Positions 43,211 through 53,170 of a DNA stretch of 64,000 bases are shown here, piece by piece (the first letter of the stretch is position 1; each line of letters starts with the position of its first letter). The notes beneath the pieces are model-generated. The model searched no databases. It was not told where the DNA came from and saw only the letters and a list, made by a program, of their open reading frames with translations. Source of the stretch: a virus; IMG/VR virus record IMGVR_UViG_3300025413_001414, positions 14,699-78,698 of that record; one strand, given 5' to 3'. The position numbers and the translations under genes are program-made.

Positions 43211-43498
43211 TCATATATCAAAATCTTGAAATCCTTGTAATTTATCCCTTAACCTAAGGAGTGTAAACATTTGATTTTTAGATAAGTGTTTAAATTTTTT
43301 ATTGGATTTAATAAACATAAGATCATGAACTCTCTTTTGTGAAAATTTAGCAATATAATCTTTGAATCTACTACTCATATTATTAGTTTGAAATATCTTT
43401 CCATTAAGTGAGGAAATGATTTCAAGAAACTCTTTCTTTTCAAAAATCCAAGTTCGAATTTTGTTATCAATAAAGTTATTTATTACACTAGCTTTCAT
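43211..43498 (-). CDS. Hypothetical protein
   Basis: ORF. Confidence 0.45.
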   Translation of the reverse strand: MKASVINNFIDNKIRTWIFEKKEFLEIISSLNGKIFQTNNMSSRFKDYIAKFSQKRVHDLMFIKSNKKFKHLSKNQMFTLLRLRDKLQGFQDFDI

Positions 43499-43499
43499 T

Positions 43500-44054
43500 T
43501 TAAAATCTTCGTTTATTTGATAAATAAATTAGTCCACCCATTAGAGCACCACCCACATGTCCAAAATGAGACACATTATCATGTGAATTGAATCCACTGA
43601 TTACCTCAATTAAAAATAGACCACCAATAATATACTTAGCTTTAATAGGAGCAGGTAGGAACATAAAATACATTGACTGATTTGGATACATCAAAGTAAA
43701 TATAACCATAATACCCCAGATGGAACCAGAAGCCCCAACTAAAGGATTACTACTCCCTACCATATAAAGATGAAGGGCTGCTCCAGCAATGCCACAAAGT
43801 AAATAGTAAATCCACATTTTTCGACCACCATAAATTTCCTCAACAGAAGGTCCAAAAGATAGTAATACTAACATATTGAAAATAATATGTAAAAAACCAC
43901 CATGTATGAATTGGTAAGTGATAAACTGAAATCCTAAATCGGGATTATTCAAAGAAAATAATCCATACATTAGATTTGGTAGCAATAGTGTCAATAAAAA
44001 GGCTACTACATTAATGTAGAAAATACTTTTAACGGTAGGTGTAGATTGGAACAT
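43500..44054 (-). CDS. Rhomboid intramembrane serine protease
   Basis: HIIFNM, GASG, HFGHVGG. Confidence 0.92.
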   Translation of the reverse strand: MFQSTPTVKSIFYINVVAFLLTLLLPNLMYGLFSLNNPDLGFQFITYQFIHGGFLHIIFNMLVLLSFGPSVEEIYGGRKMWIYYLLCGIAGAALHLYMVGSSNPLVGASGSIWGIMVIFTLMYPNQSMYFMFLPAPIKAKYIIGGLFLIEVISGFNSHDNVSHFGHVGGALMGGLIYLSNKRRF

Positions 44055-44146
44055 ATATTTAATTTAATTTAATATTTTATTTAATATTTTATTTAATTTT
44101 TTATCTCTAATAATTTGTGCAGTTATATCTCTACAAAGATAAGAAA

Positions 44147-45490
44147 TTATTTTAACTTCTTTTTTAATATTGATAAATCTTCTAAATACATATTTTTAGA
44201 ATCAATTTTACTAAGAGCATCCATTTCTTCTTTCTTAATCTTAAAATCTTCTTTTAATTTTTCAAACATTTCTTTTGTTAAAGACCAGATTGGCATTCTC
44301 AATAAGTAGTCGAAACTATCATCAATTTTATCCAAGCCTAAAGCATCAATATCTTTTATAAGTTTATCCTTTGGAACATTTTTTACCTCTAACTTACCAT
44401 CTAAAATAGCTTTAATAAATCTTGCTCTATTAGATAATATTTTTAATTCATGGTTTAACTTATCTAAAAGATATTGTTTTCTTTTATCATAATAAGTTAA
44501 CCTGAAATTAACAAAGTAGATAAATATATCTTCAATAGAATCAAATATTTTTAACTTACTATTTTCATCCAAAGTAGAGTAGATTTCAGTTTCATATTCT
44601 TCTAATTTAAGAAGTTTTATTAGCTTTTCCTCATCATACTTAGCTAACTGGTCTCGTGTAAATTTAATGGTATAATCTATATTATCCTTACAATTATCAT
44701 CATAAGAGATAATAACCTTCTTTTCAATTAAGTCATCTAAGATTGATTCGTATTTTTCGAAAGTCATTGATGGTGGTAATTCTGTTATCTTAACTGTTGA
44801 TGTATTAACAACTTGAGGCTTTCCTCTGATTATCCATCTTTTTTTATTTTCTTCATCTTGAATATAATCACCATTGAAGAAAGGATTATAGGGTTTAACT
44901 TGAGATATCTTTTTACCTTTTAATAAATTTTCACAAGCTGTAATTGCATCAATTGGATTTCTGTTTAATATATTAGAAGAAAATCCAACTGCGATACCAG
45001 ATGAACCGTTAATTAATACTGTTGGTATAATAGGTAGGAAAAATCTTGGTTCAATTTCTTCTCCTTCTTCTTCTTTATAATCTAGTAATTCAAAGTCTTT
45101 ATAAAGTAGTCTAAAGTTATTATTTAATTTGGTTCCAATATATCTTGGAGCACCTGGTTCAGGTGATCTCAAGGACCCGAATTGACCATCTTCTTCAAGA
45201 AGTGGCATATTGTTTTTGAATTTTTGAGCCATGTTAATAATAGCAGATTCAAGACTTGTGTTACCATGATGATAATAACAATCAGAAGCTACTTTTCCAG
45301 CTAATTGAAATATTTTTAATGGTTTTTCGTTACCCGTTTTCCAAACAGAGTTACTAACGTGAATAATCTTTCTTTGTGAAGGTTTAAGACCATCTATAAC
45401 AGATGGTATGGCTCTATTTTCAATAACATATAATGAAAATTCTTTGTATTCACTTGATAAAAATTCTGTAATTGTTTTTTCTGAATTCAT
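44147..45490 (-). CDS. Type II DNA topoisomerase subunit A (T4 gp52/GyrA-like)
   Basis: RAIPSVIDGLKPSQRK, YHHG, GAPRY active-site Tyr; likely start MNSEK at 45490. Confidence 0.92.
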   Translation of the reverse strand: MNSEKTITEFLSSEYKEFSLYVIENRAIPSVIDGLKPSQRKIIHVSNSVWKTGNEKPLKIFQLAGKVASDCYYHHGNTSLESAIINMAQKFKNNMPLLEEDGQFGSLRSPEPGAPRYIGTKLNNNFRLLYKDFELLDYKEEEGEEIEPRFFLPIIPTVLINGSSGIAVGFSSNILNRNPIDAITACENLLKGKKISQVKPYNPFFNGDYIQDEENKKRWIIRGKPQVVNTSTVKITELPPSMTFEKYESILDDLIEKKVIISYDDNCKDNIDYTIKFTRDQLAKYDEEKLIKLLKLEEYETEIYSTLDENSKLKIFDSIEDIFIYFVNFRLTYYDKRKQYLLDKLNHELKILSNRARFIKAILDGKLEVKNVPKDKLIKDIDALGLDKIDDSFDYLLRMPIWSLTKEMFEKLKEDFKIKKEEMDALSKIDSKNMYLEDLSILKKKLK

Positions 45491-45576
45491 AATGTATATA
45501 TAATAATATTTATTTTTTGTTTTAAAACAGGTATACAATCAGTGATCGAATGGCTTAAAATTTAATATATATATTT

Positions 45577-47406
45577 ATGATAGTAAATGAAAAAATAAGT
45601 ATAAATGTTAATCCAAATTCTAGAATTTATTACAATTCGATTGGATATAGATGTTCTAATTTTGAGAAAATAGAAATTAGAACAATTGATCTACCAAATG
45701 GGTCTAATATTAAAATATTGGTCAGGTGTGATGTTTGTTTTATTGATCAAACAACTAAGTACAATAAATACTTGAAAAACACAAGGAATAATACTATTCT
45801 ATACACCTGCAAAAAATGTTCTTTTATAAAAAATAAAAAAACAAAATTAGAAAAATACGGAAATGAAAATTATCAGAATACAGAAAAAATAAAGAAGACA
45901 AAATTAGAAAAATACGGAGACGAAAACTATACAAATAGAATAAAAGCGAAAAATACATGTATAGAAAAATATGGAGTTGATAATGTATCAAAGTTTGATG
46001 ATATAAAGTTAACTAAAAAGAAAACAAATATTGATAATTGGGGAGTTGATAATGTTTTTAAATCTGAAGAAATTAAGAGTAAAATATCAGAATCGGTTAG
46101 AATTAAATATGGATCAGATAATTATGTTACATCAGATGATTGTAAAAATAAGTATAAAATATTCTGTGAGGAATTAGGTGTTAGTCATTATTCACAGTCT
46201 AAAGAATTTAAAGATAAATTTGAGGAAACATGTTTAGTAAGCTGGGGATATAAGACGAATTTATTAAATAATGATATAAAAAATAAGATAAAGGAGACCA
46301 ATCTTATAAAGTATGGATTTGAGTATCATATGAAAAATGCAAAATATTCAGAATTAACATCAAAAAGAATAACAGAGGGCAGAAATGATTATTATAAAGT
46401 ATTAGGATATGAATTGATAAATTATGATTTTAATAAAAAGGAATATCTACTTAAAAGTATTTCATGTGGTCATGAATTTAAAATAAATCATGATTTATTT
46501 AGAAGTAGGATAAAATATAACAACAGTTCTTGTTTGATATGCTATCCAAAAGATGGGTTAACATCAATAAAAGAATTAGAGCTTGGTAACTTTATTAAAG
46601 AAATATCAAATAATATTATATTAAACTCAAGAGACTTGATTGATGGTAAGGAAATAGATATTTATTTACCAGATCATAAGATAGGAATAGAATTTAATGG
46701 ATTATACTGGCATTCGGATGAATTTAAAGATAAATATTATCATTATAATAAAACAAAATCCTGTTTAGAAAATGGAATATCCTTAATTCATATATGGGAG
46801 GATGACTGGTTAAATAAAAAAGATATAGTTAAATCAATAATTAAAAACAGATTAGGAATAATTGATAATAGAATATATGCCAGAAAATGTAAAATTGAAA
46901 TTGTTACAAACTCAATTAGTAATAAGTTTTTAGACGAAAATCACATTCAAGGTGGGACAAATGCTTCTGTTTGTATTTCATTAAAATATGAAAATGAAAT
47001 AGTATCTATAATGACATTTGGTAAAAGAAGAATAAACTCTAAATTGAACCTGGAACTTGTTAGATTTTGTAATAAGAAAAATACATCAGTCATCGGATCG
47101 GCTTCTAAATTATTCAAACACTTTATTGAAAATAACGAATACGATAAAATAACATCATATTCAGATTTGTCCATTTTTAATGGAGATTTATATGAAAGTC
47201 TTGGATTCAAAAATGACGGCGAAACATCTTTAAATTACTATTGGAGCGATTTAAAAAGAAGATATCATAGATTTAATTTTAACAAAAAGAGACTAATAAA
47301 AATAGGATATGATCCAAATAAGACCGAAGATGAAATTATGAAGAGCATTGGATATATTAAAATATGGTCTTGTGGTCAGGTAAGGTGGATTTTTAATAAG
47401 ATATAA
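45577..47406 (+). mobile_element. KYG-repeat / Vsr-like putative homing endonuclease between topoisomerase genes
   Basis: KYG repeats, GIEFNGLYWHS, IWEDDW. Confidence 0.75.
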
Positions 47407-47520
47407 TTGTTTTTTTACTATTAGAGCACAGTTTAAAATAATCTTTAAAAATTTTTATTAGAGACAAAAAAATTGAAATGTTATTAAGTTAGGATTTAGA
47501 AATTACAAATTTAAAATTTT

Positions 47521-47646
47521 CTATTCTGTTCTTTTTTTGTTTTGCTTCATTATTTTGTTATTTTTAATTGAGTAAATTCTACCAAAATTTGATATTTGAT
47601 ATTCACCATCATATCCTAATATATCTACCCATATTTCTTTTTCCAT
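47521..47646 (-). pseudogene. NUMOD4-motif homing endonuclease remnant (41 aa)
   Basis: MEKEIWVDILGYDGEYQISNFGRIYS. Confidence 0.7.
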
Positions 47647-47813
47647 AAACAAATCTATTATTTATAATATATATTGAAAATTAAAAATGTCAAAAAGGAC
47701 AGAAAAATACACACAATATGAGGATTTTAAATTTATATTAGAAACCAAAATGTTAAATAAATCTAAGATAATAGAGAGCTTAATTAAAAAATGGATTAAA
47801 GAAAATAAATTAA

Positions 47814-49562
47814 ATGATGAAAAAAATAGAAGATCAGTATAAAGTTTTAGATCAAATTTCACACGTATTGTTGAGGCCACAAACATATGTTGGATCAAAT
47901 AAGCCACACACCGAATCAAAATGGATAATAGAAAATGATAAAATGATTCAAAGAGAAATCACATATGTACCATCTTTTATTAAAATATTTGATGAGGTTG
48001 TCACAAATGCAATTGATGAGGCAAAAAGGAATAAAAATTTAAATAGAATTGATATAAAAATTGATTTAAAATCAAATCAAATATCAATAAAAGACAACGG
48101 AGGAATAGCCTGTGTTATACACAAGGAACAAAAAAAATATGTTCCGGAAGTCATATTTGGAATCTTAATGTCGGGATCCAATTATGATGATTCTGAAAAG
48201 AGAGATGTTGCTGGAATGAATGGATTGGGAGCTAAACTGACTAATATTTTCTCCACCGAATTTTCAGTTTCTACTTGTGATGGTAAAAATAGTTTTAAAC
48301 AAACTTTTACTGAAAATATGAGAAAGAGAACCAAACCTATTATTATAACATCCAATAAAAACCATACAGAAATATCATACATACCTGATTTGGAAAAATT
48401 TGGTCTCACCAATATTGATGAGGATAATTTTAAAATGTTAGAAAAAAGGGTTTATGATGTCGCAGCTTGTAACTCTAAATTAAAAATATATTTTAATGAT
48501 AAATTAATATCTATAAAATCCTTTGAAGATTATATCAAGTTATACACTGATACTTATTTTTATGAATCAAAAAAAGATAAATCTTGGTCTATTGGTATAG
48601 CTCCATCAGATAGTGGATTTAAACAAATTAGTTTTGCTAACTCAACTGATACATATGATGGTGGAACACATTTAGATTATGTTTTAAATCAAATAATTTC
48701 ATCCATGAGAGCTTTCTTTAATAAGAAATACAAGGTTGATATTAAACCATCTGAGTTAAAGAACCATATGTTTGTGTTTTTGGATTCAACTATTGTTAAT
48801 CCAAGCTTTTCATCACAAACAAAGGAAAAATTAATAACAGAGGTTAAAGATTTCGGATCCACATTTGAAATAAGTGATAAATTAATAAACTCTATTTTGA
48901 AATCTGAGATAGTTCAATCTGTTTTAGACTGGATTGAACAAAAGAAAAATGCTGATGAGAATAGAGCTGCTAGAGAATTAAATAAAAACTTAGCTAAAAT
49001 CAAAGTTGATAAACTAATTGATGCGAAAGGTAAGGATAGATGGAAATGTAGTCTAGCATTATTTGAGGGGGATTGTCTACACGAAGACACTCTTGTTAGA
49101 GTGATAAGAGATGGTGATATAGTAGACACTAAAATAAAAAATGCGACAACAGAAGATTTAGTTATAACACACAATAATTCAATATCAAATATTTATTCTA
49201 TTACAAAAAAGATAAAGAAAAAAGTTACAATTAAGACAAAAGAAGGTGAAGTAATATGTAGCCAAGATCACAAGTGGTTTATATATGATAAAGAAAAAAA
49301 TGAATTTTATTTTGAAATAACAAAAAATATAAATAAATCGAAACACAAATTGGTTAAAAATTACTTAGCATTTACAGAATCTCTATTAGAAATAGAGTCA
49401 AATGACGGGTTTACACTTAAATTAAAATCTGGAGAGATTATAAATACAAACCCAGATCACCAATTTGCTATTTATAATAAAATTGATAATAAATTTGAGA
49501 TGAGAAAATCAATTGATATTGATATTACTAGTAATTTTATAATAAACACCTTCAAATTATAG
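47814..49562 (+). CDS. Type II topoisomerase subunit B N-part fused to split intein N-half (from 49074)
   Basis: GHKL motifs (EVVTNAID, DNGG, GMNGLGAK); LFEGD followed by CLHEDT intein block A. Confidence 0.92.
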   Translation: MMKKIEDQYKVLDQISHVLLRPQTYVGSNKPHTESKWIIENDKMIQREITYVPSFIKIFDEVVTNAIDEAKRNKNLNRIDIKIDLKSNQISIKDNGGIACVIHKEQKKYVPEVIFGILMSGSNYDDSEKRDVAGMNGLGAKLTNIFSTEFSVSTCDGKNSFKQTFTENMRKRTKPIIITSNKNHTEISYIPDLEKFGLTNIDEDNFKMLEKRVYDVAACNSKLKIYFNDKLISIKSFEDYIKLYTDTYFYESKKDKSWSIGIAPSDSGFKQISFANSTDTYDGGTHLDYVLNQIISSMRAFFNKKYKVDIKPSELKNHMFVFLDSTIVNPSFSSQTKEKLITEVKDFGSTFEISDKLINSILKSEIVQSVLDWIEQKKNADENRAARELNKNLAKIKVDKLIDAKGKDRWKCSLALFEGDCLHEDTLVRVIRDGDIVDTKIKNATTEDLVITHNNSISNIYSITKKIKKKVTIKTKEGEVICSQDHKWFIYDKEKNEFYFEITKNINKSKHKLVKNYLAFTESLLEIESNDGFTLKLKSGEIINTNPDHQFAIYNKIDNKFEMRKSIDIDITSNFIINTFKL

Positions 49563-49599
49563 TGTCTCCCTCAAAAAGGGGAAACGTATTTTAATATAA

Positions 49600-49881
49600 A
49601 GTGAATTTTTCATAAAAAAATCGAATGAAATATTTTTCTATGACTTTACAATAAAGAGTAAAAAAATAATTATAGAATATAACGGAACCTTATTTCACCC
49701 GAAAAACGAAAAATCAGATTGGTTAAATCCTTTTAATAAAATGAGCTCAAAAGAAGCCTTTATAAAACAAAAGAATAAAATAGAAATAGCTGAAAAAAAT
49801 GGATTTAAGGTTTTGGAAATCTGGTCAGACGAATCAAATAATTTAGAAAAGTGTTTAAAATTTATAAAAAATAATATATGA
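49600..49881 (+). pseudogene. Start-less Vsr/DUF559-like endonuclease remnant between intein halves
   Basis: FFYDFTIKSKKIIIEYNGTLFHP...GFKVLEIWSD; TGA overlaps ATG of next gene. Confidence 0.75.
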
Positions 49882-50597
49882 TAATAGAAAATTTTTTAGA
49901 GTTAGTAGATATAGAAGATATCATATTCAAAGATGAATATGTCAATATGGTAGATATATCAGTTGATGTAGATCAAAGCTTTTTACTATCAAATGGATTG
50001 ATATCACATAATTCAGCCTCCTCGGCTTTTAGAAAATATAGAGATACAAATACACAAGGGGCTTTCTCATTAAGAGGTAAGTTTATTAATGCCGCTGAAA
50101 TTACAAATCAAAAATTAGTTGGTAATAATGAAGTTATTAATTTAATGGGTGCTTTAGGGTTAAAACTTGGTCAGAAAGTTATTCCTGGAACATTAAGATA
50201 TGGAAGAATTTTATTCTATTGTGACCAAGACTATGATGGATATTCAATCGTTGGACTATTAATTAATTTTTTAAATAAATTTTGGCCAGAACTATTTGAG
50301 CACAATATGGTTTATAAGGTAGAAACTCCAATTGTAGTGTGTCAAAACATCAAATCAAAGAAAAAAATTCCGTTCTACTCTCAACAAGATTATAACGATT
50401 GGCTCGAAAAGTCAAATCCAAAAGAATGGGAAATTAAATATAAGAAAGGATTAGCAGCTCTTGTTGATGATGAGTATAGAGAAATTATACACAACCCTAA
50501 TTTAACCAAAATCAAAAGAGATGATATAAGTAGTGAATCTCTAAATATTTGGTTTGGTAAAGAATCTGATTTAAGGAAAACTGAATTATTAAAATGA
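49878..50597 (+). CDS. Split intein C-half (45 aa) plus topoisomerase B C-part (TOPRIM)
   Basis: VDISV...NGLISHN|SASSAF, LRGKFIN, DQDYDG, YKKGL. Confidence 0.92.
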   Translation: MIIENFLELVDIEDIIFKDEYVNMVDISVDVDQSFLLSNGLISHNSASSAFRKYRDTNTQGAFSLRGKFINAAEITNQKLVGNNEVINLMGALGLKLGQKVIPGTLRYGRILFYCDQDYDGYSIVGLLINFLNKFWPELFEHNMVYKVETPIVVCQNIKSKKKIPFYSQQDYNDWLEKSNPKEWEIKYKKGLAALVDDEYREIIHNPNLTKIKRDDISSESLNIWFGKESDLRKTELLK

Positions 50598-50941
50598 TAA
50601 ATGATGTTCAATATCTATATTGTATAAATAAATCTGGAGAAGATTTTATAACCACATCATATACTTACATCAATAGCACAATCACCATTTATAATTTTAA
50701 TCAAGAAATTGATTTCAAGAATGTTGATGCTGTTTGTATAGATTATGCAAATGATCCTTTTGTATCATTTAATAAAAGATATACTAACTCAAATGCACTA
50801 ACTTGTTATAAGATTGAATATGTTGAGCAGGACGAAGATAGAATGACTATAACAATAAAAATAATTGAGCAAATCGACAAAATTGATTTACAAACATATA
50901 AAAGAGATACTAAAATACAATCAATTATAGATGACAAATAA
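50594..50941 (+). CDS. Hypothetical with C-terminal RDTKIQSII tag
   Basis: ORF. Confidence 0.55.
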   Translation: MINDVQYLYCINKSGEDFITTSYTYINSTITIYNFNQEIDFKNVDAVCIDYANDPFVSFNKRYTNSNALTCYKIEYVEQDEDRMTITIKIIEQIDKIDLQTYKRDTKIQSIIDDK

Positions 50942-51734
50942 AATATACAATATCAACTGTTTAGATGGAATGAAAATGATGGATCAAGAATCAGTTGATT
51001 TAGTCATTACTTCACCTCCGTATGCAGATATGAAGCAGTATGTTGATTTCAAGGGGATTCATCCAGATGAATATGTAGATTGGTTCTTACCTATTATTAA
51101 AGAGATCTATAGAATACTTAAACCAACAGGATCATTTATCTTGAATATTAATGATAAGGTTAATAATGGATTTAGACACCCATATGTTTATGATTTGATT
51201 TCTGAGGTTCATAAGCAAACAGATTTTAAAATGTATGATAGATTATTTTGGAATAAAAAGAAATTTATTCCAAATCCTCATAGATTTGGTGATAAAATTG
51301 AATATATCTTTTGGTTTGTTAAACAAAAAGATTTTACTTTTCATATGGATGAAATGCGAACTGAATACAATCAGAAATCAATTGAAAGAATGAAGTATAA
51401 ATTAAAAGCAAGGCACGCTAGAACTGAAGAAAATCAAGATAGTGATAATTATAAAGATTGGTCACCTAATCCAAAAGGAGCACTTCCTTCGACGTTAATT
51501 GATATATCTTCTGAGGTGAAAAGAGTTTCTTCAAAACATGTGGCGGTTTTTCCCGAAGCTTTGGTTGAATATCTGATTAAAGGCTCAACTAATCAAGGTG
51601 ATTTAGTTTTAGATCCATTTATGGGAAGTGGAACAACTGCTGCGGTTTGTCAGAGACTTAAAAGGAATTGGTTAGGATTTGAATTATCTTCGGAATATAT
51701 TACAGAGGCTAATAAAAGAATCTTATCTATTTAG
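50931..51734 (+). CDS. Beta-class N4-C/N6-A DNA methyltransferase
   Basis: TSPPY, H.AVFP, DPFMGSGTT. Confidence 0.9.
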   Translation: MTNKIYNINCLDGMKMMDQESVDLVITSPPYADMKQYVDFKGIHPDEYVDWFLPIIKEIYRILKPTGSFILNINDKVNNGFRHPYVYDLISEVHKQTDFKMYDRLFWNKKKFIPNPHRFGDKIEYIFWFVKQKDFTFHMDEMRTEYNQKSIERMKYKLKARHARTEENQDSDNYKDWSPNPKGALPSTLIDISSEVKRVSSKHVAVFPEALVEYLIKGSTNQGDLVLDPFMGSGTTAAVCQRLKRNWLGFELSSEYITEANKRILSI

Positions 51735-52200
51735 TCTTTTGCTTTTTACTTTTTTTAAGTGCGACAATATCTTTTTGTAAAGAAATAATAGCCTCTTTAA
51801 TTTTATTTAAAACCTCTGGTTCTTTTATCTCTTCTTCATCATCTTCTTCTTCCTCTTCTTCCATAATCCCATCAATGTTTTCACTAATCTCATCAACATC
51901 TTCGCTGATTATCTCAATATATTCAATAATGAACTTATTAGAAACAGGGTTTTTGTTACTCATATTAACAGAAATTTGAATGAATATAGATAAATAAATA
52001 GCTTCTAATGAAACAATTGTAGTTAAAACTAAAAGCATTTGATCGAAAGCCACTAATTTGAAAATTGACAATAGAAATGACACTATGAATAAAATAGTGT
52101 GTATTCTTAGTGATTGGACCGAGCCTATCCACTTTATGGCGCGTTCTGGAAATTTAGATAATAATTTAAGCATTTCTTTTTTTGACAGGAACGTCTCCAT
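51727..52200 (-). CDS. DUF1003-like membrane protein
   Basis: WIGS..., LTTIVSLEAIYLSIFIQISVN. Confidence 0.6.
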   Translation of the reverse strand: METFLSKKEMLKLLSKFPERAIKWIGSVQSLRIHTILFIVSFLLSIFKLVAFDQMLLVLTTIVSLEAIYLSIFIQISVNMSNKNPVSNKFIIEYIEIISEDVDEISENIDGIMEEEEEEDDEEEIKEPEVLNKIKEAIISLQKDIVALKKSKKQKTK

Positions 52201-52272
52201 AAACTTATTTTTTTATAATCCTATCATCAATTCCACACATCTAACAACACTCGAATAGGGTTAAATTATATA

Positions 52273-52803
52273 TTAAAAAAGTAAACTTATTTTTATCTCT
52301 CTTTCTAATGAGGAAATATAATTTCTAATATCTTCTCTATCTATAGAGTAGTGTTCTTTATCAACCCAATAATCATAGATTTTTGAGAGGGATATAGATT
52401 TTTGTTTTTGATAGACCTGCTGGAAAATTTCAAAGCACTGATACTTAACTAAATATTGTGCAAGATTTTGTGTAAAATCAAATCCTATTTTTTCAAATCC
52501 ATCAAAAAATTTTGAATCAGTAATATTTTTTAAATATTGTTTTAGATTGTGTTTATGAAACTCTTCTTCTGTGAACTTTTCATCAAAGAATATCAAAGTT
52601 GATTTAAATAAAAAATTAATATTTTTATCAGATAAAATTTTAACTAATTTTAAAACATGTTTTGCTATTTTAATATCTAAGTAAATCCAGATATCATCCT
52701 CTTTTTTAATAAGCATAGGTATCTCAGTGATATAATCTACATAGATTATATTTTTAGATACTATCCATTGGTTGTTCTGTGGTATAATTTTGTATAAATC
52801 CAT
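52273..52803 (-). CDS. Hypothetical with C-terminal REIKISLLF tag
   Basis: ORF. Confidence 0.55.
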   Translation of the reverse strand: MDLYKIIPQNNQWIVSKNIIYVDYITEIPMLIKKEDDIWIYLDIKIAKHVLKLVKILSDKNINFLFKSTLIFFDEKFTEEEFHKHNLKQYLKNITDSKFFDGFEKIGFDFTQNLAQYLVKYQCFEIFQQVYQKQKSISLSKIYDYWVDKEHYSIDREDIRNYISSLEREIKISLLF

Positions 52804-53137
52804 AACTTATATTTAAATGCTTTATTCCATAGTGCTCTTCAAGCATTTTTTTAAATCTAATTTTATTTGTCTGTCTGTTTCCAATTTTACTATCACTTGA
52901 CCACCTTTTATACCCACGACCTTTCTTTCCATATCTTTCTTTCCACTTACTATCCTTCGATGTATATGTTTTATACATGAAATGTGTATATGTTCCAATA
53001 AAATCCATCCATCTGAAATTTTCAATAGAATTACCATTAGCCTCAATAAATCTATAGTAATTTTTTCTACTTAAATTTTTAAGTCTACTTATTATCTTTT
53101 GTTCCTCTTTATATCTTCTCCAATCCCTACCACGCAT
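52754..53137 (-). CDS. Basic hypothetical protein
   Basis: ORF. Confidence 0.5.
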   Translation of the reverse strand: MRGRDWRRYKEEQKIISRLKNLSRKNYYRFIEANGNSIENFRWMDFIGTYTHFMYKTYTSKDSKWKERYGKKGRGYKRWSSDSKIGNRQTNKIRFKKMLEEHYGIKHLNISYGFIQNYTTEQPMDSI

Positions 53138-53170
53138 AATATAGATATTCCTTTTTTTATATATAGTTTT

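Noticed and set aside
49562-49878. Group I intron splitting topoisomerase B
   Set aside because: Intein blocks A, B, F and G explain the split, and no intron core is evident
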